From: Saccostrea cucullata
Lineage: Eukaryota
DNA: 64,000 nt
Reading direction: 5' to 3'
Assembly: GCF_032062105.1 (NCBI RefSeq)
Contig: NW_026930103.1
Span: 372,001 to 436,000, forward strand
Position numbers and translations under genes: made by a program. Positions 26,701 through 37,994 of the stretch are shown piece by piece; position 1 is the stretch's first letter, and every line of letters starts with the position of its first letter. Below the pieces are notes generated by a model. That model was not told where the DNA came from and searched no databases. It saw only the letters and a list, made by a program, of their open reading frames with translations.

Positions 26701-29171
26701 AAGTAAAAATAGACGAGGAAAGTCAAGTTATATATAACGATCTCTAGCTGTGTGACTTACCTTTGAAATAAAAAAAAAATCTACAACATCGTAGACAGAC
26801 TGAAGAGAAGGCCTAGATTTTTCAGTAGAATAATTATTAGAACATTTATATAGATTTTGCAAAATAAGAAGTCACGCATACACAATTTATTGGTATCCCC
26901 ACCTCATTTTGTTGCCGTATAATGTGCACTTGATAATTTGTTAATTAACAATAAATATTTAACTTTTAAAGAAAAAAAATTCTTTAGATATTTAAAAGAA
27001 TATGAAAAGAATTAAATCTATTCATATTTGCATTAAAGTAATGAAAAAAATGTGTACGGGGCGTCCATTGTTTTGTTGATACTTAGGCCTACATATAAAT
27101 TAACAATTATAAAAAATAAAAAATAAAATCCGCCTGTGCCCCAATTTTTTTGCAAATTAGGATGAGAATCTAAAGATTAATTTTACCTGGCCTTAGTCTC
27201 CGACAACTTTTTTCTTCATGCAGTGATTTTTATTTTTAAAAAGTGAATTTGATATATTTCGACAGCAAAATAATGATCAACTTTTCTCCTTTTTTCCAGG
27301 AATTCATGTTATGTAGACAAGAAAATAAAAAGAACCCAACTGCATGCTTGAAAGAGGGCAAAGATGTTACCAAATGTGGCTTCCAGTTTTTCGGCAAAGT
27401 AAAGAAGCATTGCATGAAAGAATTTGAAGCCTACTATACATGTATAGACAGAGACTATAAAGGACAACTGGATTTTTCCATGTAAGTCCTGGTCTTTAGA
27501 ATTATATATTTATAAATAACAAATTAAGAAAATTACAGTAAAAAGTTTTAATCATTTTATGAACATCAGAGCTGCCAACCCTTACGATTTTGGCATAAGT
27601 CTTACTAAATAAGTGTCCAAAATATGTCTTACGATTTCTCACTATATGCTTCCGATTTCGTTTTTTTCTCAATCAGAGTTTAAAATATTGGAATTTTCAT
27701 AAGTGGCCGTCTACAGTTTCTAGTACTATTATAATTGAATACTCATAATTCTTACAACGCTTGCTTGCATCGTCGTTTCGGTTTTAGATGGCTAATCACA
27801 TTCATGTTAATGTTTGAAAGTAAACAAAATGGAAATGTGCCTTTAATTGCTCCGATTGCATGTCCGTTTTGATATTTTCAAAACATCTTCAGCGGCATGG
27901 GGCTTTGGCGGTCCCTGGACCATGCCTTACTATTTTTCATTTCAGAATGTTGGCAGCTCTGAAACATAATGGATCATCCAATCTAAGTAAAGTTAGATGT
28001 TAGGTCTGCCTGCAAACTTGCTACACTAATATCGTACAACATCCCATAGACTGAGGGTCATGTCAGAGGTCAGATTCCAAACAACTGTAGACTAATTTGC
28101 TTCAACAAATATACGGTGATTTTGCAGGTGATGATTTGATTGGTTGATAGAATTTGACCTCTGACATGACCCTCTATGTGGGATGTTGTTAGATGTTTAG
28201 TGTAGCGAATATGGGAGTGGATCTAACATTTAATTTTAATTAGATTGTGGATCAACTTCATTAACCATTAACCAACGGAAGTGGGTCCTAAACCCTTGGC
28301 TATCAAAGATGTTAAATGGATATTACATATTATGATTATTTTATAACATATCAAAATTGTTTACCCCTTGAAGATGTTAATGGATATAACATATTATGAT
28401 TATTTTACAAAATATCAAAATTGTTTACCCCTTGAAAATGTTAATGGATATAACATATTATGATTATTTTATAACCTATCAAATTTGTTAACCCCTTCAC
28501 TTCACTATACATATGAGCATGTTTAACAGTTCATGAATGTTGTATTACTTCAAGGTGAAAGCGTGGAAGTATCAGTTGTTATACATAATTTTATTTTAGA
28601 TGCGGGGGATATTTCTTCAATCTCTGTAGGATTCATGAAGGATGAATTCAATCTATGGTTAATGTAAATGCCCTTGGCATACATTTTCCAATTTTTTAAT
28701 ACCATTTATTTGATATGGCAATGTTATCAAAATTATGAATTTTTAAAAATTGAAAGATGCACAGGGAAAAAATATATATATTTTCGTCTCTATTAGCAAA
28801 CTGTAAGACAGTCAATTGTAGGCTTTGACACAAGGTAGAGAAGAAGAAATTTTTAATTTACATAAAACGAATGAGGAGAGAGAGAAAAAAAATATTCTCA
28901 AAATTTTTATGCTGAGTAATTTTCTTTCTGTTTTAGGTGTAGAAAACCTCAGCTGGTATTTGACGACTGCATGAAAGAAAAGCTGAACATTGATAGACCT
29001 TACATCGGATATTTTGCCCGAATACGTCTGGTAGACACTGAGAAACCACGCCGCGTCCTGAAAACACGGGAATACAGAAAACCCAAGGAAGCCCCTACAG
29101 CTGAAGAACTAGACAGGATGAAACTGAAGGCCGACCAATATCCTCTACACGTATTCAAATTGTTTGAGTAG
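23719..29171 (+). CDS. NDUFA8: NADH dehydrogenase [ubiquinone] 1 alpha subcomplex subunit 8 (~181 aa)
   Basis: Exons 23719-23847, 27300-27481, 28937-29171. MTTEFYESLPTYEELTVPELHLTWPELKAGSLYFGRFCDNQCK/EFMLCRQENKKNPTACLKEGKDVTKC...HCMKEFEAYYTCID.../CRKPQLVFDDCMKEKLNIDRPYIGYF. Repeated CX9C motifs and the LPTxEEL start are typical of NDUFA8. Confidence 0.95.
25086..25203. repeat. Long DNA hairpin/palindrome, probably the end of a non-autonomous element
   Basis: Perfect 26-bp stem, 25103-25128 with 25158-25183, plus outer arms. Confidence 0.8.
26350..27192. mobile_element. PIF/Harbinger-like MITE in NDUFA8 intron 1
   Basis: TIR GGCCA....AAAATTAATCTTTAGATTCTCATCC with its inverse at the right end; TTA on both flanks. 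Confidence 0.8.
27567..27961. mobile_element. hAT-like MITE
   Basis: TIR CAGAGCTGCCAAC / GTTGGCAGCTCTG; TSD not clean. Confidence 0.7.
27979..28247. mobile_element. Long-TIR MITE (Mutator-like) with imperfect 9-bp TSD
   Basis: ~100-bp imperfect inverted arms (CAATCTAA...GAGGGTCATGTCAGAGGTCA and TGACCTCTGACATGACCCTC...TTAGATTG); flanks TGGATCATC and TGGATCAAC. Confidence 0.7.
28306..28497. repeat. Minisatellite, 3 x ~64-65 bp
   Basis: AAGATGTTAATGGATATAACATATTATGATTATTTTATAACATATCAAAATTGTTTACCCCTTG repeated three times. Confidence 0.85.
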
Positions 29172-29798
29172 TTAATCTGAGTAGCTAAAAAATGAACACT
29201 TCAGTTTTATAAAAAATGTGAAATTTTATGTTGATTAAATTATGAGAGTTGATTGATGTGTTGTTTTCCTTATGTGAATTCTGTATCATTGTCTAATTTT
29301 TTGCCATGACCTTTTGACCTAAAAAAATTATTGCTTTCTTCGAGTCATTGGGAATTGTGATATAAAATACCATTTAAAGGGTTCAAAGAAAGGCAAAGAT
29401 ATCATCTGGAAACTATTTGTTTGCAGTTTATAACTATCTGACGTTTGATCTCAAAATCAGTAGTCTTTTCAAAGTTATTGATAATGTCTTGTCACAGGTA
29501 ATGGCTAATAATGCACATGTGAAATATGAAAACCTTAGCTCTTCTCATTCAAAAGTTATGACCAAGGTTAAAGTCTTTGTGACAGACTGACAGACAAATG
29601 AGATTCAATGTCCCCTTGCTTTTGCAAAATCATGGGACAAAAGGATATTCTATAGAAATAAGTAAAATTAGATCTTAGATTGGACAGATGTTTGGACAAT
29701 AAAATGCTATCTTTGGTTGTTAGTATGGTAATTAAGGTTGCAGATATATATTTTTTCTGCAATAGCTGCAACATTACTTACCATACTAACAAATTATT

Positions 29799-30352
29799 AA
29801 CAAGATGTATTTGTGAAACACTGATGCCCCTGTAGGCAGCTTATGGCAAAGGCTGAATTCACTCAAATGCATGTCAAACTCCAAAGGGCAAGGTCAAAAG
29901 TGTTGGTACCCAAAGGGTTTTTTTTTTTTTTACAAGGAATACACATGTGAAATGTGAAAGCCCTAGTTCTTACTGTTCAAAAGTTTAAGTTATGACCAAA
30001 GTTTTTAAAAGTGGGTCAAGGTCAAAAATATTTATACCGACTGAAAGGTCTTGCCACATTGAATGCACTTGTGAAGAATGAAAACCCTAAGTCCAACTGT
30101 TCAAAAGTTAGGGTCAAGGTTAAAGTGTGTTTTTTTTGTAAAAGTAGGTCAAGGTCAGTAGGTCAGATTTGGTACCCAAAGAAAGGTCTTGTCACAAGAA
30201 ATACACCTGTGAAATATGAAAGGCATGTATAGCCTCACCCACTCAATAGTTATTGACTAGGCTAAAGTTCACAACAGACAGACAGAGAGATAAAAATACA
30301 GACGGGACAAAAACGATATACCCCTGGAATCTTTTGATCCGGGGCATAAAAA
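29799..30352 (+). mobile_element. Helentron/HINE-like non-autonomous element
   Basis: Starts AACAAGATGTATTTGTGAAACAC; GGTCAAGGTCA-containing repeats; (ACAG)n microsatellite; short terminal palindrome CCCC...GGGGCATAAAAA. Related fragments at ~29480-29650, 35655-36050 (-) and 45236-45330. Confidence 0.6.
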
Positions 30353-31626
30353 GACATTTTATTGTATATAATCATATATATCTATATAATATATATCGTC
30401 TATAGTAGGATTCAGTAAATAAAATATATTTGTAGGTCATTGTACATTTCATTGATGGAACAGCCACAGCTCAAGTGATTTATACGGTTATATACTTAGT
30501 ATCCTTTACCGACAATTTAGAGGATATCAATTTGGACCCGTCTACTATTGTGAATGATGGTCAGAGTAACGACTTAGATGCAATTAAGTGATACAACTTA
30601 ATTTATTATATAACCGGTTTATACAAGAATTTTAGATACTAAGTGAGATTTTTTTATGTTGTTGCATATTTTTAGCTTTTTTGGTTTTATGATGTGATCA
30701 ATCAATTCACTCGCATGATAATTTGCATAAACGCCGAAGAAAAGAAAAGAGAAAGGAAAAGGTATAAAGAACCAAAAGACCTTTAAAATTTTGACCTGAA
30801 ATTTAATCAATGGGAGTCAATCTAAAGGTAGATAAATTCATAATCTTGCATAGTGTTTCACAAACCTTGTGAAAGCTTCACACAGAAAAGGCTAAAATTA
30901 TTGTTTGAAAACTATATAAGCAATATATATTTTTGACCGTCACCTTTAGACCTCTTTTTTTTTTGTTTTTAAAGCTGTACTTAGAGGTTTAATTGTATGA
31001 ATTTATGACCTTGACTTTTGTTGTTTTGTTATTTTGACCTCAAAATCAATAGGGGTCTTGTTTGTGTCACAGGTATTTGCATTAAATTCTGTTGAAACCA
31101 AAGTTATCATCATATCATCAGGAAAATGGTATTTGTATTGAATATGATTTCGGTCAGACCCTCTGCCCCCAAAATCAAATAAAAGGATCCTTTTTAAACC
31201 ATAAGGATTTTGAAATTGAAGCGCTGAATTCTTATTTAATGATGTACCGCAAATGGCCTTGACGAAATGTTAATAAAAGTATATCGCACTGAAAAAAAGG
31301 TTGGACCTAAATTTAATTTCAAAAGGTCAAAGGCTTACGTTTTTAAATCAACTCTAAATACTTGAAAAACGGTGTTGCATAGCTTTTTTTTAGCTCACTA
31401 ATTGAGATGAAGAACCGTAGAAAATTTCTGACTGAGTTAATTTTGTCATCAGCGTGTTCAATCTCAAAGAGAGATATGGAAAATAAAAGCAAACCAACTT
31501 TTTGAAGCAAATAGCTCTGTTAACGTTATTCCCATTTTGTTTTCGAAAGTTTGTTAAATAGAAAAATAATAATATGGATGTTAATTTCAATAAAGTCTTT
31601 TTTTTTCATTTGGAAAGAACGATTTT

Positions 31627-31986
31627 TTAATCCTCTAGGATGACGCCCTCTGCGCTCTTAATCCTAGCTGTCTTAGGTCTCTGGGCTGCCATTATCTTCT
31701 TCTGTATTACTTTTTTACGCCTGGCTTCTGCCTTCTCCTGCTTTTCTTTGAGAAGCATGTCTCTTTCATCTGTTAATAATTTTTTTTAGTTTTTATTGCC
31801 ACAAATTTAATACAATTACGGTATGAGATAGAGAGAGAGAAGGGGGGGGGGGGTTATACCTTTCCACTGCTCATCAAAGACGACTGTAGTAGACCTTAAT
31901 TTGATAGGTGGAAGCTTTGGTATCTCGCATGACTTGAATTCAATGTTGAATGACACTTCATGCTTTGTTTTCACGAGATCGGACAT
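31627..31986 (-). CDS. Small two-exon protein (89 aa), stathmin-like
   Basis: Exons 31986-31860 and 31769-31627 with a 90-nt GT-AG intron, phase 1. MSDLVKTKHEVSFNIEFKSCEIPKLPPIKLRSTTVVFDEQWKDERDMLLKEKQEKAEARRKKVIQKKIMAAQRPKTARIKSAEGVILED*. SFxI, a Pro linker and a KxEKAEARRK helix resemble the stathmin-like domain (by eye only). Confidence 0.6.
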
Positions 31987-32699
31987 CTTATTGTTTTTGT
32001 TTCGGCACCCCCACTTCCAGCTGGAGATGTGCAGAAAATTTGCCAGGGAAGAGGCTTGTTAGATGCAATTTCTCATCCATGACCTCACTTTGAATCTCTT
32101 TTATTAAAATTTATGTAATCCATTTAAATAATAAACACTTGAGAGGACGCCTACTATGTAATATGTTCTAATCTTTCCCAAAAGCTTTCCTGTCCCTGTT
32201 ATTCTTCGCGTATACTGGGGGGGGGGGGGGGGGGCTGTCATCATGGTGCGGAAGAGAAAGGGAACCATGCTATTTATGGGATTTTCGTCCATTTAAGATT
32301 TAATTAATGCTTATGTTTGGGAGGGGCACAAAATGCCATCCATTTGTGCCCTTAAAATTTGATTTTGTAATGCGTTACCCTCCTTTTACACTTATCCCTT
32401 TCCATAAACATGGGGATTGCTATTTTTTTTTTTTATTATTATTATTTTTTTTTTTACAAAGGTTCGACATTTTTTAAAATTAAAATTGTTAAAATGAATA
32501 TAATAAGCTTTATATTATTTTTAATTTTTTTTTTATCATTGATATACTGGAATGCAGAAATGTGACAATAACATGCAATACAAAATGTATATAATCATCA
32601 AAGTTTCTAAAACATTGATATTACAAATTAGATTTACGGAGAAAATTAAAATAAACACTTACAGTTACTGCAAGAATATAGCAAATAAAACTTATAGTA

Positions 32700-33091
32700 C
32701 AGTGGCGTAGCATCGTTTTTGAAAGTGGGGGGGCCAGCCAGAGAAATTTTTTTTTCTTACCTGAAGAAGTTGACAAGCAAATAAAAAAAAAGAAAAGAAA
32801 AAAGTAGCCAAAGTCGAAAATCCTATTTCGTGGGGGCGGGGGGGGGGGGGGGGGGAGGGTGTAGAAAAAAGCCTTTTTCTCAGACTTTCAATACCAATTT
32901 TCAGTACATCACTACATTTTCAGTACATCACTAAAAGTCTAAAAGTGGGGGGGGGGGGGGCAACCAGGCTTTCAATTTACATTTCCTATAGTATAGAATA
33001 GAATAGAATAGAATTTATTAAGTAAGGTTGGGGAAAAAAGATGTGGGGGGCCAGGCCCCCTGCCCCCCCCCCCCTGTTTGCTACGCCCCTG
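32700..33091. mobile_element. MITE with CAG(T/G)GGCGTAGC TIRs and G/C tracts
   Basis: CAGTGGCGTAGCA ... TGCTACGCCCCTG; TAGTA on both flanks. Confidence 0.75.
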
Positions 33092-33149
33092 TAGTACCAG
33101 ATACGGACAGGTTTCCACCCTGTGTAATCAATTTTTATTTTACATGTAC

Positions 33150-34600
33150 ATATAGAGGATATTCAATGTTTTGTGGTTGAATATGGAATTTATTTCACGA
33201 GTGGGACAGGATTTTTTATATTTTCATGAGTGCGAAGCACGAGTGAAAATATCAAAAAATCCTGTTTCACGAGTGAAATAGATTCCATATTCAACTACAA
33301 AACAATAATTCCAATCTTAATTTTATTTATTGATTCCTTGTGTTTTGATTGGACGAGAACAAATTCAAGAAAAAGTTTACACATCGATGAATTTTTCACC
33401 AGAACTACTTTCTTGACTGAGTAAAAACAATGAAAACAGATACTTCTAGTCCGTTTTAGCTAAATTATGACTACAAGAAACTTATAATAAAAAATGAATG
33501 AATGAATGAATGAATGAATGAATGAAAAGGAGATAAACAGGACTGACAGATGGGAATATTATATTTATGTCACTGTCGGATCACGAGTGTGAATTTTTGA
33601 AATCACTGATCATGCTGTCATTTTCTCGACGTTCCATATCAGCTCAGTTGGTATCGTTGTGATAGGGAAAAGAAACGTACCTCCACTTTTGCCTTTTAGC
33701 ATCAATTTCATATATTTACATCCTACAGTCTCCCTAAATCTTTGAACTTTCCAGAGCAAATCGAGGACGTTCGGTCTGCAACTTTTTTTGGCCATGGTCA
33801 AGGACGAATTTTTTTTTAGAAAGGTATTTACGATATTTTTTAAACTTAACCAACATTCAATGAGTTTTTATAAGTTTAATTATTGATTGTTTTGACAAAT
33901 AAAGTTGGATTTTATCTATATTCATCTTGAATACGTTTCTTTGCGGCATAAAGTATAACATGCAATACAAAATAACGTATATAATATGGCGGCCTCAAAG
34001 AGAAATAATTTTGAAAATTTAAAAAAATCGTAATTGGAATTATAAAATTAAACACTTTTTTTTTCAAGAATATAGCATGTAAAACTTATTTTACTCACAA
34101 ACTTTACATAAAAGTGCTTCGCACTTTTTTTTTTACCTGAAAAAGGCAAGTTTAACAAAAAAAAGAAAAAAGAACGTTTAATCCTATATTGAATTTTCTG
34201 TTTATTACATTAAAAAAAAATTCTTTGATTTTTCTTTTGCCTCTGTCTTTTTGTAATACAGTCATAGGCTCGTGACGTCACAGTTGAGCGGTTGAGACGT
34301 CATAGCTATGTGAAGTGAAAACACTGTAAATATGGATTTAGCAACATATTTTTGGGTAATTTTGACAGTTTTATTCGCTCTCAGAATGGTTTATTTATTT
34401 CCATCTATCTTATATTAGGTCAAGGAAGATTTTTTTACACCAATCTTCGTTATGGGAAGGGGAATCGAGAGTTTTCCCGCACTTCTGATATTCGTCACAC
34501 TGTGACAGGATATCATTTTGATATCCTTTCACACTGTGATAGGATATCATTTTTATTCAATGAATAAATTACAGTATTTCACTTGTAAAAATGTAATAAA
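33150..34600. mobile_element. Non-autonomous element starting with a ~140-bp hairpin (33167-33304)
   Basis: Long imperfect palindrome with GTGCGAAGCAC apex; CpG-rich interior; repeated TCACACTGTGA.AGGATATCATTTT near the right end. Right boundary approximate. Confidence 0.55.
33495..33525. repeat. (TGAA)n microsatellite
   Basis: About 7-8 tetranucleotide units. Confidence 0.9.
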
Positions 34601-35176
34601 TATAATTATTCAATCGTGGTAGAAATCATTTTTCAACGGAATCATTTTTTTTTGTATGTGGCAACTTAGGTACACTGACCCCTATTACTCTTTTTAAGTC
34701 TCTGTAACTTAACTCTCTGTTTAAACAAATACATTTTTCTACGACTGGCGGCCATTTTTTCTACGTCGAAAAAAAAGGCATTGTGTCATTATTCTTTGGG
34801 GGTATTTTAAACTCTTCCTTACACTGGCCGGAGTTAAATTAAATTTAACTTTCCGGTTATTGACAGTTTGCCTAAACTGGGTACACAATAAAAATTGTTA
34901 TACCTTTATAAAATTGTTCCCATACAAATCTTTTCGAAAAAAAGTCCAACACATCTGATGTTTTGCTGAGCGGGCATAAAAAAATCGATGTTGGACCGCT
35001 GAGTGAGATGTTGGACCGGTCGTTGAGATGTTGGACCGCTTACGTCACAGAATGGGCGGAGCTTAATCTCATTTACATTCGTTGGTGTTTAACAGTGACG
35101 AATCTGAGGTTACATCACGGAATACAGTTAAAAATACATGTATGTAGAAAAAAATTAAAATGAAAGGTATAACAAA

Positions 35177-35323
35177 ACATTTATTGACGGAGTTCGAGGG
35201 CAAAATGCGTTTTGTCGACCCTCGAACCAAACTGTCTGCCTTCGGCCTAACGGCCTCAGGCAGACAGTTTGGTTCTTGGGTCCGACAAAACGCATGTTGC
35301 CCTCGAACTCAGTCAATAAATGT
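35177..35323. repeat. Long DNA hairpin, probably an element end; same terminal motifs as 52025-52157
   Basis: ~65-bp arms ACATTTATTGAC...CTGTCTGCC and GGCAGACAG...GTCAATAAATGT. Confidence 0.8.
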
Positions 35324-37027
35324 ATAGTATTGACCGTGAAGAAACGGTTTAATGTATAAAAATGTGTAAAAATATAATTACCCGATGACTTCTGAATTGA
35401 TTTCTATTTGTTTGTAAAAAATCAAATGCTAATTTTGTTGACATTGTCAATTTAAGTTTTTCAAAAAGGATTATGTAAGAAATACCATCATCCGGTATCA
35501 TGCAAAAGGCCTGGTAAGGTACCTAATTTTTGTGAGTAAACATGTTAAAGTAGCGATACTTCAATGACAAAATCTCAGAATAAAAAAAATTAGGAACGTA
35601 TGGTCTGTGCTTAAGGGGTCTCGACCCTCTGCTATAATAAAAGATCCAGGGGTACATGTATATGTTTCCCCCTGTCCGTCCGTCTGCATGTCTTAATTTT
35701 GTCTGTTTATCTGTTCGTTAATTTTTTCCGCAGAAACTTTAACCTTTGTCATAACTTTTGAGTGGGTAGGTCTATGGCTTTCATATTTCACAGGTATATT
35801 CCTTGTGACAAGACCTTTCGTTGGGTGTTACCATTTGAACTCTTGACCTAGACCTTCATGTAGGCGTTTGACACACGTTTACAAAAAAAAAAAAAATTAA
35901 AAGTAACCTATAGCTTGGCCATACTGAACTTTTGAACAGTAGGTGCTTGTGTTTTCATACTTCACATGTGTATTCTTTCAGTAGATATACATGTTTACAA
36001 ATATTCTTGACCTTTTGTCCTTGGCCTTACATTCTGACCCACTTTAAAAAATGTTTAATCCTGAAAGTTTTTTTTCAAAAGTAGGTTATATTCCAAGTCA
36101 AGATAGAAAGGCCAAAACTGTGATATCCAAAGGAAGGTTTTGCCACTAGGAATATACCCGTGAATGAATATTTGGACATCATTTTCTCGTTCCTTAACAT
36201 TCCGGATTCTTTTGGCCCGTCTGTGTGGCATTTCTTGCTTTTCTGAGCTGTGAGATTTCCTGTTAGAAAACAGAAACATTTTAGAAGGTTGCATCAGTTA
36301 TGAAATTATCATTCATCTTCTGGGAGTAATAACGACTGGTGACGATATGACAATGGCATAGGTATGACAAGTTCTGCACAATGTTGTTTGATTTAGCCAT
36401 TGCCCGTGGTGGATGTAACACGCTACTTTCAAGTACAAGTCTTAATCAGCTGTTTTCGTTTTCACCTTGTTTCATGCAAAGTTTTATCAATGCCGAGACA
36501 TATAAAACCGGGATTTAATATCTCTCTCGGATTTTCCCTCAAAACTTTTGACTAGGAATTCTTATTTCCTACCAAAACCAGGGACCTATTACTAGTATAT
36601 ATATAGTTCCCTGCCAAAACAAATCATGCCAAGAAAACCTTAGCATTCTCTCCATATAGCAAATTCAATAAAAGCCGAATTAACGTTAATCTGTGATTCT
36701 TCCCCGGGGAGATGTGCGCCAAGCAATTAATGTCAGCAGGTTTGAGGGAGGGATCTTAAAATTTACTGGGTTTAACTTATAGGTAGAATACTAATTATTT
36801 AGAAGATTTGCCCCCCCCCCTGTCCCAAAAATAGGGAAGGAAATTAATTATAGTAAAGTAATTCTTTAAAAAAATAAGCTGTATTTCAATTTTTTACATA
36901 GTTCAATTTCAAAATATTTTTTTCTTAGTATAAATTGGCATCTGGTAGTTGTGGAAGTACCGCGTTGAAATATAGATAAAAGGGTACCAAATTCCCGGAC
37001 GCTTACATCATTTCCTGGTTGAACAAG

Positions 37028-37988
37028 ATGGAGACGAGTACTGAATGGGTAGACGTTACCCGATTGGCTATGTAAACATTTTCATTTTAAAATGAATATT
37101 TTCTGTTGATTTTTTTTCTTATTTTCTTCAATCCAACTTTTTAAAATATAAATTTTGGTACCAGTGCCTCTGACATTTTACGTATTTTATAAATAAATAA
37201 AGATTTTTGACAGGAACTATTTAGGGCATAAGGGACTACTTCCTGGGGTAGACGTTTATTTTTTCTCTAACTAAGAAAGCTAAGAACCTAGGATCCACCC
37301 CCAGAAGTCTGCTGCCGTAAATTGTCTTGCCGGCGTTTTGGGAATATGGGTGATTTGCATCAATTACAAATGGTTTTAAATGACTTGAATGGTCTGATGA
37401 CAAAAAAAAAACCATATGCGCACTACACTTGCCATAATATTCAACTTGTTGACTGGGGGCAGTAACCGACAGAAGATTGATTGATTGATTGTATGTTGTT
37501 TGACGTCCCTCTGGAGAATTTTTCACTCATATGGAGACACCACCATTTGCCGGTGGAGAGCTGCAAATTTTGTCCTGTACTCGGCATGCATTGAGGGATC
37601 TTTTTCATGCCAGCACCTACAGCAACACAGGACCTCTGTTTATACAGTCTTATCTGAAGGACAGGTCTTCTCGTCCCACTGTGGGATTTGAACCAGCAAC
37701 TTAAGGATCAACTCCTTACTACCCCTCTGCGACTCTTAAGAGCAGATGCTCTAACCACTGTGCCACACAGGTGACCCGGCAGTAGAAGAAGAAGAAGAAG
37801 GAGGAGCAAATCAAAATTAAAAGAAATGCATATGTCGCTTCTGTGACATTTGGCCTTATGTGAAATGTATTCTACAGCATAATGTTCTAGATGAACTGTG
37901 TATTTTTTTTTTTAGGAAAATGAAAAGAACAGTGTCAGAGCTGAATATCTCAGAGGGTATTCATCACAACCTGCCTGAGTATTATTGA
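37028..37988 (+). other. Putative spliced upstream ORF (38 aa) in the IMMP1L leader, in frame with IMMP1L
   Basis: aagATGG at 37028, donor after 37071, acceptor before 37916. METSTEWVDVTRLAMKMKRTVSELNISEGIHHNLPEYY*, then CAAACT and the IMMP1L ATG. The choice of donor is inferred. Confidence 0.4.
37474..37778 (-). mobile_element. tRNA-derived SINE, same family as 11465-11752, with (CAAT)n tail
   Basis: Minus strand: TGGCACAGTGGTTAGAGC (A box), GGTTCAAATCCCAC (B box), shared body, tail CAATCAATCAATCAATC. Confidence 0.8.
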
Positions 37989-37994
37989 CAAACT

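Noticed and set aside
35177-35323. pre-miRNA interpretation of the long hairpins
   Set aside because: They sit in dispersed repeat contexts, and three-base GNA loops are a DNA-stability feature. Not excluded without small-RNA data, but not supported.
37986-37988. Selenocysteine reading of the in-frame TGA before IMMP1L
   Set aside because: No SECIS recognisable in the AT-rich 3' region, and no redox-motif context.
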